Origin: Octopus sinensis
Lineage: Eukaryota
Length of the DNA stretch: 64,000 nucleotides
Reading direction: 5' to 3'
Assembly: GCF_006345805.1 (NCBI RefSeq)
Contig: NC_042997.1
Location: 42,656,001-42,720,000, forward strand
Position numbers and translations under genes: made by a program. Under the pieces are notes generated by a model. It saw only the letters and a program-made list of their open reading frames with translations. It was not told where the DNA came from and did no database searches. Positions 49,077-59,709 of the stretch are shown piece by piece. Each line of letters starts with the position of its first letter. Position 1 is the stretch's first letter.

Positions 49077-50432
49077 GACTACTTTTATCTTTCACTTGTT
49101 TTAGTCACTGGACTATGGTCATACTGAAGCCCTGCACTGCAAATGAATTTCATATTAATTCTTTTAAAAACAACAGGTGACCAAAACAAGTGGCTTGACT
49201 TTAAATTCCTGCACAAAGACAAAAACCACCAACTGTAGGTATAACTCAGACCACATAACTTGGTAGTCATCATCATCATCATCATCATATTTAATGTATG
49301 TTTTCCGTGATGCTATGCATTGGATGGTTTGACAGGAATTGGCAAGTCATAAGATTGCACCAAGTTCTGCCAACTGCTTTGCTATGGTTCCTACAGCTGA
49401 ATACCCTCCTAATTAAAGGGTATTGGGTGCTTTTTACATAGCTCCAATAGCAGTGAGATCACTAAGTGGCATGCAAGACAATATCCCTCAACTGAGGTGG
49501 GGAGTAGTACAGAGGGACAGTAAAAGGTGTCTTGCAGTAGAGAAGTAACAGAGCTGCCTCAGGTGAGAGAGAGAGAGAGAGGAGAGAGAGAAGAGTGAGG
49601 AGAGAGAATGGAGAAAATGAGAAACTATTAGGAGGTGTATACAGGGAAGTGGACCAGAGATTGGAGAATCAATTCAAAGAGCATCTATTTTATAGCCACC
49701 AACATTAAGTAAGGCCTATAACTTAAATATCATACAATTTAATGTCTGTGACAGTATTGCTATATCTCTTTGGAAGTGTTATCTATATATATATATCAAT
49801 GCCTTGACTACTCACTTTCGGTATATTTGTTCCTTAGTAGAGATAACATTAAACAGATAACAAATTACATAATTCTTATTAACTGATAAAATAACTAACA
49901 ATAGCTGAAAAGTAGGTAAGATATAACAAAAATGTGAAGCAGTAAGACAAGACGAGGTGGGGGAAAATTTGTGTAATCAATGTTGAGAAAACTTGGAGAG
50001 AAATTTCAATAGTGAAATAAAATCTCTGTAGCAGTTTCATTAGCAACTGTTTCTGCAACATAATAAAATAATCTCATCATTAAAATACTATTATTTAGTA
50101 GTACTCTTGAACTACCAGTTGAGATGAAATGTGAATAAAATAATGATCTATTAGAGTTCTATTCTAATTGGTAATCTGGTAGGTTTTATGTTTATATAGC
50201 AATACAAAGTTTTGCTGATTAGTTTTAGTTAATGAAAATATGAAATAATGGAAGTAGACTATCAATATTTCAAGTCTCCTTAAACCCTTGTCCAATCCTG
50301 CTGTCCTACATGATCTTAGAATTAGGCTAAAAGTCTTAGAGGCACTCTGTAGTATATGGACATGTTAAAACAACAAAATTTTATAAAGTATGTACTATAG
50401 GCTTATTAAATATATATATATATATATATATA

Positions 50433-50630
50433 TATTTTATAGAAGGAGCTTCTACAGGACTAGAACTGTTTCATTCAGATGAAATTTTGACAGCCAGCTT
50501 CCTGAAGATTTCATCTGAATGAAACAGTTCTAGTCCTGTAGAAGCTCCTTCTATAAAATAAATTACTTTACTCTGCTATGTATTGAGTACCTTATTTACT
50601 GTGGTTAACCCCAACTCAACCCGGGACCTA
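50433..50630 (+). mobile_element. Penelope/retrozyme-like remnant with a 53-bp perfect fold-back, inserted in a (TA)n tract
   Basis: Arms 50433-50485 and 50508-50560, 22-nt loop; overlaps a hammerhead. Confidence 0.72.
50496..50546 (+). ncRNA. Type I hammerhead ribozyme motif
   Basis: AGCTTC-CTGAAGA-TTTC-ATCT-GAAT-GAA-ACAG-TTCTAGTC-CTGT-A-GAAGCT: 6-bp stem I, CUGAAGA core, stem II (3 bp plus U.U), GAAA, 4-bp stem III, GUA triplet with predicted cut after 50540. Confidence 0.78.
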
Positions 50631-51315
50631 CATATATATATATATATATAAAGCTGAAATTGTCTGTGTATGGCAGGTTTGGTAGCCTTCAACTAACACT
50701 ATTTCCTCTGAGACTCTGCAGCGCAAGTTGACCAAAGTTGAGAGTCTGATAGAAGAAGGCTTGCTCTTCCTTCCGTAGAAGAAAAAATTCAAATCAGACC
50801 ATGTTAACACAAAAAATTATTTACATCAAAAAGGTGCTTTTTTTCTACGAAAATCCCTATTTTTTACAATTTTTTTACTGCTGTGTCGCCATTTTTTGGT
50901 GTATTTCAACCAGAAAAATGTTCACTTAAAGAGAATAACAAGCTACATAATGCAAAATTTTTACTTTTCAAAAATTCCAATTCTAAAGGGTCAAAACAAA
51001 CCCGAGCATTGCTGGGCGATACTTTTAGTGTATAATATAATAATTAATATTATTGTGAAAATTTTGGAGAATCATGATCACAATGGTGTTTTTTTTTTTT
51101 TATCCCTTTCCTTAAGTCTATATCTATAACACTGAGTGAATAAGTGATGGAGTAGCAGTCTTAAGACCTAACAGTATTTACTTTCATCATTCTATGTTTT
51201 AAAGTCAAATACCCTTTTCAGAACACTTTGTCTTTCATATTCCTGAGGTCGATAAAGTAAACAGTCAATTCAATTGATTAGACACCTTTACAATATCTCT
51301 TGCTTTACAAATCAT

Positions 51316-52276
51316 TATTAGATTGATGCAAAAGTAATTGTGGCTTTTGTTATTTTAAACTTTGATGCTTATTTTAGAATAAACTTTTTTTTATTTATGT
51401 ACATGTAATAAAAAACCATTTTGAAGTACAGAGTTCAGTTTATTGATTTATACTACTAATACATTTATACTAATACGGTGGCACGTTAAAAGCACAAACC
51501 GATCGTGGCCGATGCCAGACCCCCCCTGGCACCTGTGCAGGTGGCACGTAAAAAGCACCCACTACACTCGCGGAGTGGTTGGCGTTAGGAAGGGCATCCA
51601 GCTGTAGAAACACTGCCAGATCAGACTGGAGCCTGGTGCAGCCCCTGGCTTCCCAGACCCCGGTCGAACCGTCCAACTCGTGCTAGCGAGGAAAACGGAC
51701 GTTAAACGATGATCTAATTTACTATCACTGTTTATTCTTGTTTATTTTAGGCTGTCAAATTAAAGATGGTTAAAAGAATAAAAAAGCAAGTTGGAACAAT
51801 TTTATTTAGTTCAAAATGAAATGTGAAGTAGCAGAAATCGTTTGTGAATGATTTTCTACAATTGAAAATGAGCTGTGGACCTAAGCAAAGGAACTTTTGC
51901 AGCTGTAGAACTAAATGTTCACCATCCAACGGTTGATTGACATTAGAGAGTTAAAAGAACAAAAAGCTGTCAGAAAGTTTGCTTTGCACTTACTTTGCGT
52001 AGCAAAACTAGACATTTCTAGATCCAATTGTGACATGTGATGCAAAATGGGTTATATACATTAACCAATAGCATTCTGCACTTGATGGAACTGAAGCACC
52101 AAGACACTTTCCAAAACTCAAACTACATCAAAAGAAGGTTGTGGTCACTCTTTAGTGGCCAATAAGTGGAATTATCCACTATTATTTCTTGAATCTTAGT
52201 GAAACCATCATAGCAATAAAATGCATCAAGAACTGAAACATTTGTGTCCAGGATTGGTCAGTCGAAAAGCAAATAA
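51316..52276 (+). mobile_element. Hsmar1-like mariner fragment, interrupted by an RTE 3' end (51475-51713) and truncated by another mariner
   Basis: TIR TATTAGATTGATGCAAAAGTAATTG; FLDPIVTCDAKW and PKLKLHQKKVVVTL motifs. Confidence 0.7.
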
Positions 52277-54091
52277 TATGAGGTTATATCAAAAAGTTCC
52301 CAGACTAATTATTTTTAATAAAAAATAATCATTTACCTAAGTTTTAACATCATTTCTTTCAAAATAGTCACCTTAGGCAGCAATACACCGGTCTCAGTGT
52401 TCCGACCACTTTTGGAATCTGGCCTGGAAGTCATTTTCTGTGAGTCGAGGACCTTCTGTGAAACGCTCTGGATTTTGACAATGGTTTTAAAATGGCAGCT
52501 TTTGAGTGGCATTTCCATCTTGGGGGAAGAGATGGAAGTTCACAAGTGCTAAATCTGGTGAATAAGACAGGTGGAGAAGCAATACCAAGCTGTTTTTGGC
52601 AAGAAACTCATGAGTGAGGAGAGCTTGGTGACAGGATACATTGTCATTGTGAAAAATCCAAATCTTCACACTCCACTGATCTGGTCAGTTTTGCTGAAAA
52701 GTCCTGCCTCACACACTTCAAAACATTGCAGTAGAACTCTTGATTGATGGTTTGGCCGGGGAGGGGCGGGGCGGGGCGGGCGAATTCTTGATGCACAATA
52801 TCACATTTTCAGGGTGACACTTGTGACGGGTCTTCTAGGGATGGTTTGCTTTTGAAGGACCCGTGTCACATAAAACATTGCCTTGCCACCATAAGCTTAG
52901 CAAAGTATGCTTAATGTTTCTGTAGCAGATTTCTCAAGTTTAATACAGAATTTTGTTGGCCTTTTGTTCCTGTCCATCACAAAATCGCAGACTACAGCAT
53001 ACATGTAATCCCCAAAACACAAATTTCACAACTTGTGAAGTAAACACAGCAACATCACTTGGCACACTGCCTCCTGAAAATCCCTGCTAGCTCTCACTAC
53101 AAGTGCAACCGTGTGCTGCCATCTGTTGGTGCACTATAGAACTAGTCTGGAAACTTTTTGATACCATCTCATACCAGATCACATGTTTCTCAAATGAAGT
53201 TGCACTACAAAAATCTACCCCAGTCACCTTACTCTCCAGATCTCAGATCTTTTTCCAACCAACCATCAGTTTTTCAAGCAGCTCAATGTTCTCCAACAAC
53301 TAAGTGGTAACTCAAAACACCTTTGAAGAATTCCCCAGTACTAGGACCCCGAAATTCTTTACTACCAGATTAAATTGACTTGCTTCTTGAAGAATTTTAA
53401 TCTAATGAATTGACCCCAATATTCATTATCTCTTTTAAAGTTTGTCTCATTTGCTGAACCACTATGTCATAGGGGGGTAAACACACTAACACTGACTTTC
53501 AAAGGAGGCGGGGGGAAAACACACACACATGACAGCCTTCTTTCAGGTTCTGTTTACCAAATCCACTCACAAGGCTTTGGTCAGCCAGAGGCTATAGCAG
53601 AAGACACTTGCCCAAGGTGCCACGCAGTGGGACTGAACCCAGAACTATGTGGTTGGGAGATAAACTTCTTACCATACAGCCACATCTACTCTTCCATATA
53701 ATTGTTAAATAATAACCGAGAGTTATGAAATTATAGCCAGCGACAGACTGGATTGAGTCAATTAACCTCCTACACAGGTTTCTGAAGTTGAAAACATGCA
53801 AGAAACTTTAGATGCTTTTTCTCTTCAATCACAAAGGAGTGGCTGGAGTTTTGAAGATTGGATCTGGCAAATTTATGACCCTTGAATGTTTGAACGCATT
53901 ATTCGATAATTAGTAGCACAGAATCTGAGCCATACATGAAATTATGTGTATCTGTGTAATTATGTATTTAAAGACATTCATTAGGAATGGTAGGTTAATG
54001 ATGGCCATATAAGTGGAAAATGATGTATTTTTGTGTAATGTTTAGAACGGGGCCTTTTTTTTGAAGAAAGCATACATACACTAGCACATGA

Positions 54092-54139
<48 letters not shown>

Positions 54140-54752
54140 GAATTAAAAATTAATACAAACATGAAAATTTTTAGTGAAAACTCACCTTCAAACAATTTAA
54201 GAAACAAAGAATGAAGAAACAAAAAAATATATGAAAGGAAAAGTAAAATAACAAAATTGAAATTAGAAAAAAAATTATGAAGTTAACTTGAGTCTCAAAA
54301 ATGAATTTGAGGCAAAATAATCGAAAAACAATATTTTCCATTCAATAACAGCAACTAATCACATGTTTGGTATGACATATTAAAACACAGTAACAAAATG
54401 TTAACGACATTAACTATCAAGGCACACACTTGAGCAACAAAGGAACAGTGATAGAAGGTTGTCAGTTACAACTATATATGCAGATATAGATTATGAAATA
54501 AGAAAAATCAAAACTAGACAGAAACAGATATAAAGTACCAAGTAATATCAACAGCCAATACAAATGCATAAGTTACATAGTTTTAACAACACATATATTA
54601 TAAGCTAATAAATGTGATAGCAACACCCAACCCATGTTAGCAACAGTCAATATTCAAATGATAACATCACCCAAAATAATATACTATGAAAGGATATCAA
54701 CATCCAACATAAAAGGCATAAAACGAAAACAACATATGACATACAACTTATT

Positions 54753-55150
54753 GAATGTTAGCAACATCTGATATATATATAGACTATTGAATGTTAGCAA
54801 CATCTATAATAAATATTTTTTAATGTTAGCAACAGCTGACAAACTTTTGAATATTAGCAACAGCTAACATACAGACTGTCGAATGATAGTAACATTGATC
54901 ATACAGACTTTTGCACAATAACAACATCTAATATACACACTGTTGAATATTAGCAACATCTGACATAAAGACTATTGCATGTTAACAACATCTAATGTAC
55001 AGACTTTTGGATGCTAGTAACATCTAAGATACAAATTTATTGACTGTTAGCAAGATCTAACATACAGACTTGAGAATGATAACATGAAACATTCAGATTT
55101 TTAAATGACAGCAACATCTAACACACAAACATTTTGAAATGATTAGCAAC
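54753..55150. repeat. Degenerate ~32-bp minisatellite, about 13 units
   Basis: Approximate consensus GAATGTTAGCAACATCTAACATACAGACTTTT; anchors recur at about 32-nt spacing. Confidence 0.85.
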
Positions 55151-56753
55151 TACTAAAACAAATGCACAGAAACTAACTGTTGGCAGATTATAAAGTAATA
55201 TTAATAACTAATGCTGGCCGTAGCAGATTATTCTCATCTGTCAACAATATAATGATGAGTGCTTTTATGCCCCATGAGTCCTTATGTGAAATCCTCTCAA
55301 GGTAAATAATGCAGTATTCTGTGTTCTAACACAACCTTCACATTAAGTTGGAGATCAAGATTACCCTTTCATATTAATACTGCTGCTATCTCAATCCACA
55401 ATGCTCTAAGAGTTTCCTTGTGGATCAGCTTTATCTAAAAATCTAAGTCTAAAAAAATTAGCTGTTTGATGAGATCACATGACCAATTAGCATTCGGATT
55501 ACTCTCTGAAATATAATGCTTATTCATTCACATTGTTTTGAATTAATCATACATTATCTTGTAGCTTTGAGATTAAACATTACAGAGGTGTGAAAAGTTG
55601 GATCTGACCAGTTTGAACACAAAACAGGTAGAATATTTGAACCGGATATGGCTGGTTTAAATGCTAAAAGAGTCAAATCAGTATCTTCTGTTTTAAGATT
55701 ATCATGTTTTAACATGGTGTAGAAAATTGAAGTTATTTTCATTTCTGATTAATTTTATATGTGGTCAAACTGCAACAATATGGTGACAATTTCACAGAAG
55801 AGCAAAAATCCTCATTATATGGTTGACCAATAGTGTTACTAGGTAACCACATTCTTAAAAAGTATTTCACAATCAAATTTTTACAGTGGTGCTTTAACAC
55901 TGAAAGCCCTTTAGTAACTAGACTAGATATGTGTTGCCTGTTAAGTTACAGACTTTCTTCTAAGATTGGGGGAAACTTTTTTACTGAAGTTTCAATTTTG
56001 AATTAGATTCTTTCTTAGAGTTATAAAGTTCTAACTCAGACTATAAAAAGAATATTACCAATTTGAGATATGCTATTCCACAAAAGTCACTGCAAATCTT
56101 AATTCAAAAGAGACCATTCCCAAATTAATTTTTACTTTTATTCTGCAGCCAGTTTATTTGAATTATTATTTTAGAGATCTTATCATGGCTAATAACAAGG
56201 AACTTAAACTTTATGCTCTAGAACACAACTCAACTTAGATATTAAAAATAAGGCAGCATGAAAGTAAAATGATTCTGTCTTCCATTTTTTGTTCCTGTTT
56301 GAGATACCGTTTTGAATCTATTTATTCCTCATGCTAGTATGGGTCAGATAGAAGTTCAATAAACTTCAAAATATATTTATCAGAAAGTGTTTCTTCAGCT
56401 TGGTGTCTTTCCTTACGGCTGCTAATTTAGCCATGAAATAGGGAACGTATTACCTAATTTCAACCAGATAGACAGAGCTCAATAAAAGTAAAATGTGTGC
56501 TTGCCAAAAGAAAAGTGGAACAATAGAGATTCCCTGATTGGCACAGAACAAAATAAATGACAGTCATTTGTGACAAAATATTTGAAGAAGAATACAAAGA
56601 AACACAAATAAAATATCGGCATTCTGTCATGAGTCAACTGTTTGTCTCTTTGTTTGGAAACTGTGTAAAGCTTATGTCCTTTATCTCTTGTTTCTTCATG
56701 CTTTTGTAAGCTTTCTAATTTTGCATAATTCCTTTCTTTAGATTCATGCTCGT

Positions 56754-57022
56754 CTGTAAGTACATGTGGATGTGCATTGTTTAGTGATTAGGGTGTTGGA
56801 CACATGATTGTAAGATTGTGGTTTTGATTCTTGGACGGGGGTCAATGGATTATGTTATTGAGCAAAGCAATTCACTTTGTGTTGCTCCAATACACTCAGA
56901 TGATGTAAGACCAGCATCTCATTCAAGCGGGGATATATACATGCCCCAGAAACTGGGAAACTGGCCTTATGAATCTATGTAACTCAAGAAGGGGTTTTAT
57001 TCTTTATCCTGTAAATACATGT
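56754..57022 (+). mobile_element. Old tRNA-derived SINE with a 14-bp TSD (related copies 7364-7560 and 59830-60070 minus)
   Basis: CTGTAA(G/A)TACATGT at 56754-56767 and 57009-57022; decayed tRNA head followed by TTGAGCAAAGCAATTCACTT. Confidence 0.7.
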
Positions 57023-57662
57023 CAGTCTATGATTTCAAGTTCTTGAATGCTTCAATATTTCATAATCACAAATGCATAACTGAAACCCATCCAAAATAAA
57101 ATATTTCTCATATTTGTACCTGAATTTAATTGTTTTATAGACAGTTTTACTAAACCAATATTTTATTTACTGAATATAACTCTACAGAAAATATAGAGTA
57201 AAGTTGAGCCATTCCAACACTAAAGACAAGTATACAGAAAAAAGTTGGGCCATTCTAACACTGAAGACAATGTGCTCATAATTAGGGAGATCTCTTATGT
57301 GTTTGCCTCATTAGTTACATCCATGCAATAGGTCTGCCATAGCAGAGATGACTGGAGCACCTAAACAATAGCAGTAGTCAGTTGTTATAAACAGCAGTAG
57401 TGATAGCTGCTAAATACTACCATTATAAATTATACATTTTCAGCAGTGGAGGAAGGAACTGGAAAACTGAAGAACCTATAAAGTCTATGGGAAAGATCCC
57501 TTCCTCCAGACTAAATTAACAGCAAAGGAAAAGAAATCCTCAATAAAATTTAATTAGAATAAAGACTGAAGTGAGAGCCTTCTGAATTAAATAGCTTGAA
57601 GTATTGAATGTAATTCTTCTGTGTTCTGAGTTCAAACCTCCACCAGGATACAAGTCTTCCAT

Positions 57663-57830
57663 TTTAGTTAGTTAGTTAATTTTTTGACTCAAAAAGCAAA
57701 AAGCAAGGCCATGTAGGGGAACATGGAGTTATGTACAGGGTAGTGTTCATGTAAAGAGTTCAGGCCACTTGAGGTCAAGGGAGACTTTGAACCGAGCGGT
57801 CGTCAGCATCTTCACCATCTCGTCTGGCGG
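57663..57830 (-). mobile_element. Short 5'-truncated copy of the CR1 element at 844-4660
   Basis: Reverse complement aligns with 4500-4660, including the 3' hairpin and (CTAA)n tail. Confidence 0.92.
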
Positions 57831-57949
57831 CTCAAAGTCAAACACTGAACATGTATTGAAGCTAATTAAATTAATGACATTCACATTGTGGTTGGTCAGT
57901 ATTAGGAGACCAACACAAGGTCAATTAAACAAGGCTATGATTAACTAAG

Positions 57950-58900
57950 TAAATAATTTGGTTTACAATTATGATATATATTTAACACGGTATTTCAGCA
58001 ATCTAATGACAATAGAAGTTGATTAATTAGCATTGTTTAACAATGAAACCAATTTAAAAACCATTCGTAAGATATATGAAATACTGTCCAAACTATATTG
58101 ATTAGAGGAACAAAGGTAACAATATGAAGGTAAAAGCCAAACTTCTTCAGAATACCAATTAAAGGAACAGTTCCAAAACTCTATTCAAATTGGTTCTAAG
58201 TTAAAAAGAAGAAAGAAAAACTGCAAAATACTAGAGTAATGCAGAACTTTGTGTGTACAATCATTTCAAGGGTTTCAGTCCACATTTAAATATATAGAGA
58301 TCTTGCCAAACTAAGACATAGCTTATATTTAACAAGAAACATTCTAAACTATTAGTCTGACACAATAGATTTATAGAAATACTCTTTCTACTCTATCAAA
58401 CAATATTCTAGGGACAAAAGAAAACATAAAATATGAAGAAGAGTTATCATACAGATGACCATTATATAACAAGATATTCCAAAACTGAAGTAATATTTTA
58501 GAAGTGCCATTTTTATCAATATGAGATGTAATTGACAATATTTCCCTAAGATATTATTCACATGGAAATGTTAATTCTAGCTGGAAAAAGACCTTAAAAA
58601 AACAAAACAATATAAAATAATGAAAATTGATTTAAAAATTAACCAAGCTAAATATATACCCATTACCCAAAACATTCACTATATTAGATGATAAAGATAA
58701 ACAATAATGTCAAATATAGTTGTGATGATCTGGAGTTGCAAAAATGAACAGATTGCATGGAGAAATCAAATAACTTTGAAAACATAAAGTTTTCTCAAAC
58801 TTCTGCTTGAATATTTGTGATAAGCAGCATTGGAAGAATAAACAAACTGAAGCAACACAAATAAACAGCTAGTAGGATGAGAAGGGATGGGACCAGAGAA
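57950..58900 (+). mobile_element. Possible very old LINE RT remnant
   Basis: GAAGAGTTATCATACAGATGAC resembles an ELAYADD-coding segment, followed by a KINxxK-like stretch; heavily decayed. Confidence 0.3.
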
Positions 58901-59673
58901 AAGAAGAGCAACTAAAAAAAAAAAACAAAAATAAAAACAACAACAACAGGAGGTTGGAAGACTGGCCTGAAAACTGAGTGAATAGCAAATTTATCAAAGA
59001 GAAATTCAGTGAGACTACATTCCAATACAACTGATAAAATCTGCAATAACTGACTTGGCTTTTCTAAAAAATAATGTCCTTTGGCAAAATAAATAATTGC
59101 ATCATGAAAATAAGGTTTTCAAGGTCAGAAACAGTTTTACAGAAATCTAAACCTGTCACAGCCTAAAGTTTTCCAAGATTTTTTTGTCTTAGTTTTATTT
59201 TATTATTTTTTTTATTGCCTCATTTTCTTCTAAATATTTGGGAAAGAGCCAACATGCATGTGGATGTGGACTACAAAAGAATATTATAGCAGAATAATAC
59301 ATTTTTTAAAGCTCTTGTGTCTAATGACTCCTAATATGAACTCAACTGAAGTTTGTTAGGACATTGCTCAAAAGAAAGGCTACTTCACAATTCACTGCTT
59401 AAAGTCAAAATTTAAATTCTCAACTATAAGCAAAACCCAAGTGTATTGCAATTATAAAGAATGATGCATTTGTATTATATAATACATCAACAAACAAAAA
59501 TATATGATAGATAATATGGTAATCTACTGGAAACATTTATTAACAAGTTCCATTTTCTATGTCCCTACTTATCTAAAGTTAAACATTAGCTGAACATTGC
59601 AGTAAACATTCATTCATAAGTTCATATTTGCAGTAAACCTTTCAATGTCTAAGCAAGGTGTTTAAACTCATAC

Positions 59674-59709
59674 CGTTTCAACTGGAGAATTCACACTATG
59701 GATTACATC
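59674..59709 (-). CDS. Host gene microexon (36 nt, phase 0 to 0): DVIHSVNSPVET
   Basis: TTTTAATGTCTTTCTTGGATAG acceptor, G|GTATGA donor, symmetric and open. Confidence 0.55.

Noticed and set aside
56479-56753. ~91-codon minus frame starting at an acceptor-like TACAG duplicated by a SINE TSD (DEHESKERNYAKLE...)
   Set aside because: Requires phase 1 while upstream exons end in phase 0; no credible donor; the second half is T-rich filler.
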